DNA from: Prevotella sp.
GTDB taxonomy: Bacteria; Bacteroidota; Bacteroidia; Bacteroidales; Dysgonomonadaceae
DNA: 58,709 bases
Direction of reading: 5' to 3'
NCBI GenBank assembly: GCA_031285625.1
Contig: JAITVV010000058.1
Span: 1-58,709 of the forward strand
Positions 50,480-58,709 of this stretch are shown here, one piece after another; within the stretch, counting starts at the first letter, position 1; each line of letters begins with the position of its first letter. The translations under genes and the position numbers were made by a program. Below the pieces are notes generated by a model. The model saw nothing but the letters and a program-made list of their open reading frames with translations. It had not been told where the DNA came from and did no database searches.

Positions 50480-51382
50480 ATGAAATTCTTATTCATTATT
50501 TTATTATTCTTATCACTTAGCTTTAATGCGAATGCTCAGGCATATCTGAAGGCTGAATATATTGGTTCATCCAGTTATAAAGATATTGATAACAATAAAA
50601 CAGGGGGTAAAGGGGATGCAAAAATTATTTCGGGAGGAGTTCAAATACCCCTTTCGATGAAGATAAATGCAGACAACCGTCCGACAGTGTGGGGAATTGG
50701 GATCGGAGGTTCGTACACTTCATTTAATAATCGTAATATTCCCACAGACTTATGTCCGGAGGAAATATTGAATGCCCAATTATCTCTGATGCATATGCGT
50801 CCTATCAGCGAGAAGTGGTCTATAATAGCATCTTTAGGAGCGGGAGTTTATACAGCACATGCCGATTTATCGAAGATAAGGATGAAAAGTGTACTGGCTC
50901 ATGGTGGTGTTATATTTATATGGCATTTGAGGGATAATCTCGATGTAGGTATGGGGCTTGCGATAAATAATTCATTTGGCTATCCAATGGCATTTCCTGC
51001 ATTCTATCTGAATTGGGAATTACATGGACGTTATGAAGTAAAAGTTTCTATGGTAGATGCAGTTAGTGTATCCGCCGGAATTAAATTGAAAGATTATTTT
51101 AAGTTAAATCTTATAGCCGAAATGAATGGTTCTTTAGCTTTAGAGAAGATTAACGGTGAGGAGAAGATGTTCTCACACCAGTATATAGTGACAGGTATTC
51201 AGCCTGAGTTTACTATCGGTAAATCCTTGTCTATACCTATTACAGCCGGTATTGTAGCAGACCGTCCGGCTTTCTATGAGAAGAGAAGTCTGAAATCGTT
51301 TTTTAAAGCAATGAATAGGGAGCATGATCCGCATTTTACAGTTGCTCCTTATGTATCGGTAGGGCTTAAGTATCGTTTCTAG
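50480..51382 (+). CDS. Outer-membrane beta-barrel protein (DUF6268-like)
   Basis: Signal peptide, alternating beta strands, FGYPMAFP, terminal LKYRF. Confidence 0.75.
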   Translation: MKFLFIILLFLSLSFNANAQAYLKAEYIGSSSYKDIDNNKTGGKGDAKIISGGVQIPLSMKINADNRPTVWGIGIGGSYTSFNNRNIPTDLCPEEILNAQLSLMHMRPISEKWSIIASLGAGVYTAHADLSKIRMKSVLAHGGVIFIWHLRDNLDVGMGLAINNSFGYPMAFPAFYLNWELHGRYEVKVSMVDAVSVSAGIKLKDYFKLNLIAEMNGSLALEKINGEEKMFSHQYIVTGIQPEFTIGKSLSIPITAGIVADRPAFYEKRSLKSFFKAMNREHDPHFTVAPYVSVGLKYRF

Positions 51383-51413
51383 ATTGTTGTAATGATGGAA
51401 AAAGAAGAAGGTT

Positions 51414-52199
51414 TCAAGCTTTCTTCTTTTTTAGTTTTATTGTTTCGGTAAGCAATTCTTGTAATTTTTCAGGAGTAACATTTGCCTGAATTTTCCCATC
51501 ACTTACAAAAGATATTTTACCTCTTTCTTCTGAGATTACAATTGCTTTGGCGTCTGTTTCCTGTGATATTCCTAAGGCAGCTCTATGTCTTAAACCAAAT
51601 GCTTTGGGTATATCCTGAGCCTGTGAAATAGGTAGAATACAGCCAGCAGCTTTAATTTTGTTGCCTGAAATAATCATTGCTCCATCATGTAGAGGTGTAT
51701 TTTTAAAGAATATATTCTCTATTAGGCGGGTACTTATATCAGCATCCAGAGTCTCCCCTGTTTCTACATATTGCCCAAGTTTTATTTCCTGTTCAATAAC
51801 GATTAGTGCACCTGTATACGTCTTAGCCATATTCATACATGCCAAAACCAGAGAGGTAACCACTGTCTCAGACAATCCTGTTTGTTCTTTGGAGCTGAAT
51901 ATTCGGGCAAAGAACCGGAATGTCCGATTGGAGCCCAAGGTCATGAGGAAACGGCGGATCTCGTCCTGAAAGATAATGATAAGTACGATCAAACCGATAT
52001 CTACAAATTTATCCAGGATAACACCCATCAATCGCATTTGCAATACTTGCGATACAAGTATCCACAAAATCATGAAGGCCAGTACCCCTTTGAATATGGC
52101 GCCCGTACCCGATTTGGAAACAATCCTGTATAATTGGTACATAACTGCTGCAACCAGCAGAATGTCAATTATATCTTTTATTCCAAAATCTTCGAACAT
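51414..52199 (-). CDS. cdaA: Diadenylate cyclase
   Basis: Three TM segments, FQDEIRR, GALIV, PLHDGA, GLRHRAALG, SEE. Confidence 0.95.
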   Translation of the reverse strand: MFEDFGIKDIIDILLVAAVMYQLYRIVSKSGTGAIFKGVLAFMILWILVSQVLQMRLMGVILDKFVDIGLIVLIIIFQDEIRRFLMTLGSNRTFRFFARIFSSKEQTGLSETVVTSLVLACMNMAKTYTGALIVIEQEIKLGQYVETGETLDADISTRLIENIFFKNTPLHDGAMIISGNKIKAAGCILPISQAQDIPKAFGLRHRAALGISQETDAKAIVISEERGKISFVSDGKIQANVTPEKLQELLTETIKLKKKKA

Positions 52200-52289
52200 A
52201 GAGATGAATTTGTATAAATGAGGATCAAAGATAAGAGAATTCTTCGATAGTTAGGTAACAAAAGAAAAGATGACTTCTTAAAAAATCTT

Positions 52290-53162
52290 TTATTCTAACA
52301 TTAAGTTCATCATTGGCTGATGCTCATCAAAGAAGGATTGGTATCTAGTTTCCAGCTCTTTTGTTTTGTACCCGAATAAGAGACGACATAGTAGCCGACG
52401 ATCAACTTCTATATCGAATCGGGGGGCAGGGCCCAAAATAAGTTCAACTGAGCCTTTGTCTATCAAATAGACGATTGGCTTCTTATTAGTCGCGCCATCT
52501 GAGATCTTAATTCTGAACCTCTTTGAAAGATTGTCCTTTGCATACAGATCCAGCAGCGTCCATATATCTATAACCCTTGCCATCCCTGACAGATTTGTTT
52601 TTTCAGGGTATCCGTCCAGCTTGTACTCTTCTGAAATTGCTTTGAAATCATTCTCGTTTTTTTGAACACAAAAATCACGAAAGCGAAACAGCTTATCAAA
52701 GATTTGATATGCTTCGTCAAATTCTGTATTCATATCCAATATTTCCTTTAGAGGTATGAGTTCTTCATCTTTTTCAAAGACCTGCTCATAGTCATACTTT
52801 TCATAAAAGCCATAGAGCGAATCTTCGGCAGGAATGAGTATTGCTAACGGGATATTACGGTTTGCAATGATCTCATGAGCTTTATAAATCAGTTGAGTCA
52901 TATATCCTTTCTGCCGGTGTTCGGGTAAGGTACATAATTCAGCCATGTATGAAAATGGAATTTGCTGCCTGTAAAAATTGATTGTCTGAGGAAACATTTG
53001 CAATGAGGCAACTGCTCTACCTTTCTCAAAATATATCAATGTATTTTCATTCCTATACTTATAAGTAAAGATAATATCCAGAAACTCATCCGTGTCTTCG
53101 AAACATGTTTTCCACATCTGACGGACAAGAGGTTTTGTCTGGTCGTTTGCAAATTGTATCAT
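52290..53162 (-). CDS. GNAT (Eis-like) acetyltransferase
   Basis: MWKTCFED, CTLPEHRQKGYM, LIPAE, FYEKYDY. Confidence 0.85.
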   Translation of the reverse strand: MIQFANDQTKPLVRQMWKTCFEDTDEFLDIIFTYKYRNENTLIYFEKGRAVASLQMFPQTINFYRQQIPFSYMAELCTLPEHRQKGYMTQLIYKAHEIIANRNIPLAILIPAEDSLYGFYEKYDYEQVFEKDEELIPLKEILDMNTEFDEAYQIFDKLFRFRDFCVQKNENDFKAISEEYKLDGYPEKTNLSGMARVIDIWTLLDLYAKDNLSKRFRIKISDGATNKKPIVYLIDKGSVELILGPAPRFDIEVDRRLLCRLLFGYKTKELETRYQSFFDEHQPMMNLMLE

Positions 53163-53290
53163 TTCTTCTTATTTTATCCAATCGTTAACGGCAATAAACC
53201 TCAATCGGGAATTAGATCATCTTTATCAAAGATAACCTTTCCATTTTATTTTATGATATATTAACAGGCTTTTTTCCAGAATAATTGCTG

Positions 53291-54190
53291 TTACACAAAT
53301 GGTATTAATATTCCTTCCTCAAGCAGCAGATCGGGATAATAGGACATTTTTGCTTTACGTAGATTTTCTTTACCCATATCTTCTTCTCTGTTGATATACG
53401 TAAATTCAGAAGCCTCATGTTCTATAAATTGCTGGTTAATAATAGTATATGCGCCATTCATTTCACCAAAAGCTTTTTCAACATGTACTACAAATGAATC
53501 TGCTGTAAGAGGTTCTCCAATAGTAAATGCTACAATTTTACCATTTACCCGTACTGCGCCACCACGTAATTGGAGATAATCGAAATTCTCAAGCATTATT
53601 TTAGTAGCTATATAGTCGTAACGTTGAGTAAAGTCTATCTTTGATACATTCACCTCCTCCCACTCGTCAAGCATCAGAGCACATTCTACTAATTCTTCTT
53701 TTGTTGTCAGTGGAAAATATTCCCAGTCAGGATTATCCGCCTTAAACCGGTTGATATGATTACGCTTACTTTGTAGTTTTTTGCCTGACAGCTTTATTAA
53801 CTTCTCAGAAAAGTAAATGTATTCATCATTGTTGCGATCCGGAAGATACCGGAACTTTCCCGGAATTTCTTTTTGTATTTTTTCCCACATTCTGGAGGTA
53901 ATACCTTTCATCTGAAAAGGTATCCTATTTTCTTTTGCATCTTCCATTATGAGGTTGAAAGCATCCCTCAGAGGCATTTTCCCTATAGGCATCATATAGT
54001 AAAGTTGCCCGTCAGAATCCTGAAATCGTAGAAATATAGTCCGGTGTTCAATGGCAAATACTGTTTTGAATTTAGTATTCCACGAATATAGGTTTGCGAA
54101 ACAGAAATCACAGGCACGGTATTCATTTCCTGCAAAAGCTGCATCTATATCTTTTTTATCAGAAAGTGTAATTTGTTTAAAGTTGATCAT
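53291..54190 (-). CDS. DUF2156 / aminoacyl-transferase-domain protein
   Basis: FANLYSW, EYIY, LSGKKLQSKRNHINRF, HVEKA, INREEDMG, LRKAKMSYYP. Confidence 0.88.
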   Translation of the reverse strand: MINFKQITLSDKKDIDAAFAGNEYRACDFCFANLYSWNTKFKTVFAIEHRTIFLRFQDSDGQLYYMMPIGKMPLRDAFNLIMEDAKENRIPFQMKGITSRMWEKIQKEIPGKFRYLPDRNNDEYIYFSEKLIKLSGKKLQSKRNHINRFKADNPDWEYFPLTTKEELVECALMLDEWEEVNVSKIDFTQRYDYIATKIMLENFDYLQLRGGAVRVNGKIVAFTIGEPLTADSFVVHVEKAFGEMNGAYTIINQQFIEHEASEFTYINREEDMGKENLRKAKMSYYPDLLLEEGILIPFV

Positions 54191-54352
54191 ATAGTGATTT
54201 ATAATATCGTGTATGCTTAACAAAGCTAATACAAAAAATGTTCTGACAGGTATAGAATAAATATATATTATAGTCTATAACATTTGTTTATAAAGCAAAT
54301 TATAACGTAATTTGCACCTTATAAAGAATCATTCTATATAAGAATCAACTAG

Positions 54353-54961
54353 ATGCTAAAAACAAACAAAGTGTTGGCTGTAGCAGAGACTTCATATATT
54401 ATTCGTAAAGGATTAGTTTATGTCTTGTCTCAATTATCCAGTGTAGGAAAGGTCGTAGAACTCAAAGAAATGGAAGATATGAATTATCAGATCGACATAC
54501 TACGTCCCGACGCTGTTCTTATTAATCCCATGTTACTGGGACATGCATCGCGTCAAGATGTGAGGCAACAGTTGAATTTGGATAAACGGACGGCTATTAT
54601 AGCACTGGTTTATAACCTTATCGACGAGCAGTTCTACAGATCTTATGATGCTGTGATACGAATAAATGATTCTGAGTCTAAGATAGAGGAGACTTTATTT
54701 AAATGCTTGAATAAAGAGCAAAATAATCAGACTGATGCAGAGGAATTGAGTGACAGGGAAAAAGAAATACTTATTAGTGTCGTAAAAGGGATGAGTAATA
54801 AGGAGATTGCGGATCATCACAATATTTCTATCCATACTGCCATTACTCACCGTAGAAATATCACCCGGAAACTGAAGGTTCATAGTATTTCAGGTTTGAC
54901 TATATATGCGATTATAAATAAACTGATAGATATTTCAGAGATCAAATATCAGGACGAATAA
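54353..54961 (+). CDS. LuxR-family HTH regulator (CdhR-like)
   Basis: LSDREKEIL...GMSNKEIAD...HTAITHRRNITRKL. Confidence 0.9.
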   Translation: MLKTNKVLAVAETSYIIRKGLVYVLSQLSSVGKVVELKEMEDMNYQIDILRPDAVLINPMLLGHASRQDVRQQLNLDKRTAIIALVYNLIDEQFYRSYDAVIRINDSESKIEETLFKCLNKEQNNQTDAEELSDREKEILISVVKGMSNKEIADHHNISIHTAITHRRNITRKLKVHSISGLTIYAIINKLIDISEIKYQDE

Positions 54962-54973
54962 AAATATTAAGCT

Positions 54974-55678
54974 ATGCAAAATATAACAATTGTATTTAAT
55001 AAAGCAATGAAAATGTCAGATCTGATAGATTCTGATTATCGTCTGTTGTTATTGCTCAATCGTTTGAATATATCTTTAGGTTTTGGAGAAAAAAATGTAG
55101 ATACTGTATGTCGGGAAAACGGATTCGACACAGATTGCTTTATTTTTTTAGCAAACTATCAATCAAACAAAAGTATTACAAAGATACAGGAAAGCTTTCG
55201 CTCACTGCCGTTAGCTCCATTTCTTCAATACCTGAAAAGTTCACATAGCTATTTTCTGGAAAGAAGATTACCTAACATCCGCCGCAAGCTTGAACTTGTT
55301 TTTGAAGGTGATAATGACCTGCTTAATATGGTACTCGATTTCTTCGATAATTATACCAATGAAGTTCTTGAGCATATGCAGTATGAGGATGATACCGTTT
55401 TTCCTTATGTTTACTCCTTAATCGATAAAAATTCAGATAAGCACTATTCTATCAATATATTTGAGGAACGTCATAATGATATTGAAGGTAAAATGAATGA
55501 CCTCAAACAGATATTAATGAAGTATGTTCCAGGTACAACCGACCAAATGCTTATGGTGAATATACTTACCGAACTTTATATGTCGGAGGAGGAACTTGAA
55601 GCCCATACATTTATTGAAGATAGCCTTGTTATCCCGAGGGTAAAAGAAATAGAAGAAGAAAGAAAAAAGAATAAGTGA
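54974..55678 (+). CDS. Hemerythrin-domain protein
   Basis: LGFGEK..VC, YLKSSH, HMQYED, H, HTFIED metal-ligand pattern. Confidence 0.85.
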   Translation: MQNITIVFNKAMKMSDLIDSDYRLLLLLNRLNISLGFGEKNVDTVCRENGFDTDCFIFLANYQSNKSITKIQESFRSLPLAPFLQYLKSSHSYFLERRLPNIRRKLELVFEGDNDLLNMVLDFFDNYTNEVLEHMQYEDDTVFPYVYSLIDKNSDKHYSINIFEERHNDIEGKMNDLKQILMKYVPGTTDQMLMVNILTELYMSEEELEAHTFIEDSLVIPRVKEIEEERKKNK

Positions 55679-55679
55679 T

Positions 55680-57152
55680 CTACTTTCTATTAAACCATTT
55701 TTTTAAATCCTCCAGACTGAATACTCTTCTTAAATTGAGATAAGCATATAATAAAGATGCCAAAAGAACTATTACTCCGGGTAATAGCTTATACTCTTCC
55801 ATGTATTGTGCAATATAAAATGCTGCACATATCAGAATTATATTCGTCAGAGTCATAAATACTACACTCTTTTTCCAGTTGAACTCTGATATACGATATC
55901 CAATTATAAAAACAAGGGGGAGATAAACTATGTATGCTATCAGGTAACCAATACCCGCTGCTTCTAATCCATAATGAGGATACAACAAATAACCGGATAA
56001 TAAATATACAATATAGTAGACAGCCTCGGTCATAAAGAAAAGCAATCCTTTATTTTTGGCTAACATTATAAATGCAATCGGCCAACTTAACACTTTGAAG
56101 AAAGTTCCAGCTATTTGCCAGCATAATACACTGTTTGCAGCTGTAAATTCACTGGAATAGAGTACTGCCAGGGCGAAATCAGAGAATAGTAGCATTCCGA
56201 TAATGATAGGCGAGGCTATAACTAATACTATATAACTTTGCTCATTTACCAATCCCTTTACCTTGTTATTGTCACTAGCTATTGCCGACAGGTGTGGAAA
56301 AAAATCAGAGCCCATCGACCTGAGTATCAACCCCAGATATACATTTGTTATGGCCCATGCAGCCTGAAATAGTCCTGCTGCCTCAATATCTATATTCCGG
56401 GTAATGAATCCACGCATCAGAAACATGCTGATAGTACTTATTAGTCCGGCAACAACAATATATAATCCTAATTTTAATGTATTTAATCCTGATTCGAAAG
56501 CTTCCCTATTAGATGCTTTAATGTTTTCAATACTTTGCTTCCTATAATAAAACTCTACTACAAAAAAGGAGATTAAGCCTGATATGATAAATGCAGGAAT
56601 AATACCATCAAGACCAAAAATAAAATAGATAGGAACTGAGGACACGAGCCCGAAAAGACTTCCCAGCATGGCTGATTTTGCCATTTCGGGTATTTTCCGC
56701 ATACCTTGCAGAATTACTGATTTTCCTGTACTCAATATTGCCAGAAATATACAAATAGAGAGTAATGCTATTGGCAGGGTGTATCCCTTATCTTCAAATA
56801 CCCATATGCTTATAGGGTAAGAAAGGATAGCACAGGAAACCAGTCCCAGCAGTGCAGCGCCCTTAAACCATTTGTTGAGGCGTGTGATTGTTTTATATAA
56901 GGTAATACGATCATCTTTACTATCTGCTTCTGCTATTTCCTTTACGCCTGCGGTATCCATTCCCAGACTGTATACAGAGCGCATCATATCTATAACAGAT
57001 TGATAAATCCCTATAATACCAATTCCGGCAGCGCCCAATAAAATAGCTACAATTTTGGTGCGTATTATTCCGATGAGGATAATAAATATTTGTGAACCAC
57101 CAAAAATAGTAGTCGATTTAATGATTTGATTGTATGATGAATTCTTGCTCAA
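55680..57152 (-). CDS. wzx: O-antigen/oligosaccharide flippase
   Basis: STTIFGGSQ, RTKIVAILLGAAGIG, about 12-14 TM segments. Confidence 0.85.
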   Translation of the reverse strand: MSKNSSYNQIIKSTTIFGGSQIFIILIGIIRTKIVAILLGAAGIGIIGIYQSVIDMMRSVYSLGMDTAGVKEIAEADSKDDRITLYKTITRLNKWFKGAALLGLVSCAILSYPISIWVFEDKGYTLPIALLSICIFLAILSTGKSVILQGMRKIPEMAKSAMLGSLFGLVSSVPIYFIFGLDGIIPAFIISGLISFFVVEFYYRKQSIENIKASNREAFESGLNTLKLGLYIVVAGLISTISMFLMRGFITRNIDIEAAGLFQAAWAITNVYLGLILRSMGSDFFPHLSAIASDNNKVKGLVNEQSYIVLVIASPIIIGMLLFSDFALAVLYSSEFTAANSVLCWQIAGTFFKVLSWPIAFIMLAKNKGLLFFMTEAVYYIVYLLSGYLLYPHYGLEAAGIGYLIAYIVYLPLVFIIGYRISEFNWKKSVVFMTLTNIILICAAFYIAQYMEEYKLLPGVIVLLASLLYAYLNLRRVFSLEDLKKWFNRK

Positions 57153-57664
57153 TTGATAGAGTCCTTATTAGTTTCAACACTAAAGCTTTCTTCTATTACT
57201 TTAAAATTTCTCTGAACACGGCCTTCTGTATCACTTTGCTTTACAATTAGTATATATTTACCTCCTGCCTCAAAAGTTTGGACGGAACCATAAATACGTG
57301 CTGTGAGATATGTTATCAGAAATTTTGAAGATAGAGCATCATATTTTCCAAATTTTGAGTCTGTAATTGGTTCTGTTGATAGTTGAACCTTGGTATTATC
57401 TATTTTCCTGTAATATGTTTTGATATACTCTTTAAGGTCTGTTTTATTATCTGTAAATGTTATAAACATAACATCATCTCTGTTCTTTGCTTTTATAAAA
57501 AAGGATTCCTCGGATAATTCCTCAGTCTCGATATGCCAGCTTCTTGGGTAATTAAAAGATATCCCCTCGTATGCCAGCATTTTCTCTGTTTTATCGGTAG
57601 AGCATGACAGAAGAACAAATAGAAATAAACAGGGATAAATTTTATATTTCAGAATGAATGTCAT
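57149..57664 (-). CDS. Hypothetical lipoprotein (PsbP/Mog1-like pattern)
   Basis: Lipobox LLSC; ISFNYPRSW, IEESF. Confidence 0.65.
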   Translation of the reverse strand: MTFILKYKIYPCLFLFVLLSCSTDKTEKMLAYEGISFNYPRSWHIETEELSEESFFIKAKNRDDVMFITFTDNKTDLKEYIKTYYRKIDNTKVQLSTEPITDSKFGKYDALSSKFLITYLTARIYGSVQTFEAGGKYILIVKQSDTEGRVQRNFKVIEESFSVETNKDSIN

Positions 57665-57748
57665 ACGGGCGGTTTAAAGTTTATACAAATCTATTACTTT
57701 TTGTTGATTCAGAAGCATTCGTGATAAAAATAGTCGTTCATCACTGGT

Positions 57749-57797
57749 CAAAAGGTGACAAAGGTGACATCTTTCAGTCGTATTTATCGTGTCACCT
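57749..57797 (-). repeat. Dispersed TGTYAC element, copy E, overlapping the stop codon of the terminase-like gene
   Basis: Minus strand AGGTGACA-20nt-TGTCACCTTTGTCACCTTTTG; the TGA in GGTGACA is the gene's stop. Confidence 0.85.
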
Positions 57798-58442
57798 CCG
57801 GTAGAGATAACCCGACGGTAAGGAATAATCCCTTACCCTGACAGGCTTTTCTTCTTTCTTCGGTTCGGGTCGTACAACTTGTTTGTCCGTAGAGGGTGCA
57901 ATCTCTTGTGATTGTCCGGGTGCAGAACCTGTTTTCCGCTCTTCTTTTCTTTCTTTCAGGTTTCCACTCATCAGATCTTCATGCAACTGGTTTAACTGGC
58001 TTGCAGCTTTCGGGTCCTGAACTATTATAGTTAAAGCAGACGACCGGTTCTTCTCTTTACTGTCATCTGCCCTGTCACCTTGTGAAAGAATAAGTTTTAT
58101 AGCATGCGTATCGGGTGCATATTCCTTTTGTTTTATTACCTGTGACTTTAAAACCAATTTTTCAGGATTATTCTTATCGGGTACATAAGTTGTGCGAGTT
58201 TCGGTCAGGGTATAGCCTTCGAGTTTTTTCTTCAGCGACCGGCGCGCAGTCATCAACAGTTTTTCATCTCTGCGCTCCACCGCTCTGTCTATTGCCTTTT
58301 TAAACTCCGGTTTGGCTTCTTTCCATTCATAGAAAGATTTTCTGCTGATTTTTAGGTTGCTGCATATTTCTTTAATGGAATAAGTATCCTCTTCTATCAG
58401 GGATACGATTTCTTCTGTTAGCTTTTTTGTATACTTTGCCAT
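57792..58442 (-). CDS. Phage small-terminase-like helix-turn-helix protein (orphan)
   Basis: MAKYT, SIKEIC..LKISRKSFYEWK..KPEF, SLKKKLEGY, APDTHAI pattern typical of TerS-like HTH proteins; low-complexity tail. Confidence 0.7.
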   Translation of the reverse strand: MAKYTKKLTEEIVSLIEEDTYSIKEICSNLKISRKSFYEWKEAKPEFKKAIDRAVERRDEKLLMTARRSLKKKLEGYTLTETRTTYVPDKNNPEKLVLKSQVIKQKEYAPDTHAIKLILSQGDRADDSKEKNRSSALTIIVQDPKAASQLNQLHEDLMSGNLKERKEERKTGSAPGQSQEIAPSTDKQVVRPEPKKEEKPVRVRDYSLPSGYLYRR

Positions 58443-58504
58443 GATCCGTTATAAGTTTGTTATTACTTATAATAGATAAAATTGTCGGAAAATAATAGTT
58501 CTAT

Positions 58505-58538
58505 TTCTTTCAACTTTTTCTTGATAAAAAGTTACAAA
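58505..58538 (-). repeat. Dispersed element right arm (copy F) upstream of the terminase-like gene
   Basis: Minus strand TTTGTAACTTTTTATCAAGAAAAAGTTGAAAGAA; first 20 nt match 44285-44304 at 19/20. Confidence 0.7.
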
Positions 58539-58544
58539 AATCAA

Positions 58545-58702
58545 GGCTTCGTTTTCTCGGCGACCCAAAACCGCAGCTATGGCTGAGCAAAATAAATACG
58601 GATTAATCCTTTGCTTTATCATCATGCCTGTATAACAACGTCCGTATTTTGCTCTACGCCTTAAGCTTACGGATTGGGTACCCCGCCTGCGAAACAGAGG
58701 CC
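58545..58702. repeat. 158-nt GC-rich imperfect hairpin (structured repeat or ncRNA)
   Basis: Nested complementary blocks GGCTTC/GAGGCC, GTTT/AAAC, GGCG/CGCC, ACCCAA/TTGGGT, CCG/CGG, AGCT/AGCT, GGC/GCC, GAGCAAAA/TTTTGCTC, TACGGA/TCCGTA. Confidence 0.75.
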
Positions 58703-58709
58703 AGGAGGG

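Noticed and set aside
52251-52270. Extra copy of the TGTYAC element upstream of cdaA
   Set aside because: Only the AGGTAACAAA half is present, with no TGTYAC partner 19-20 nt downstream.
24-58303. Short antisense or overlapping ORFs in the six-frame track (e.g. 24-227, 6905-7309, 19377-19838, 21886-22557, 38664-39116, 47237-47665)
   Set aside because: They lie opposite or inside well-supported genes and have no motifs; treated as shadow ORFs.
57792-58442. Intact prophage
   Set aside because: No integrase, large terminase, portal or structural genes in the window; downstream neighbours are a lipoprotein and wzx.

Overview
AT-rich Bacteroidales chromosomal segment (gene content and TAnnTTTG promoter boxes fit Bacteroidota; a Dysgonomonas-like host is my inference). 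It is mostly housekeeping: rpsL/rpsG, folP, mltF, menG, purC, phoH, mutS, a glycosyltransferase cluster, comM, S9 peptidase, queD-queE-rnz, nadE, cbpAM, a LytS/LytTR pair, cdaA and wzx, with single accessory genes interspersed. I saw no rRNA, tRNA, CRISPR array, transposase or integrase. Main non-routine observations: (1) a dispersed element of about 50-125 bp built from inverted and tandem TGTYACYTT units, in 5 copies plus one extra half, which carries the -7 promoter box upstream of folP and queD and brackets an orphan small-terminase-like HTH gene; (2) a lone RelA/SpoT-domain gene flanked by a perfect 24-bp direct repeat; (3) an unannotated 11-aa leader peptide starting MRFR (macrolide-arrest-type motif) upstream of a Mef-like efflux pump; (4) an outer-membrane protein gene split by one in-frame TAG that shares an operator with the nearby TetR gene; (5) matching LytTR-type boxes in front of both OMP genes flanking the LytS/LytTR pair; (6) several long hairpins. 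All calls come from reading sequence and motifs by eye; no searches were run.
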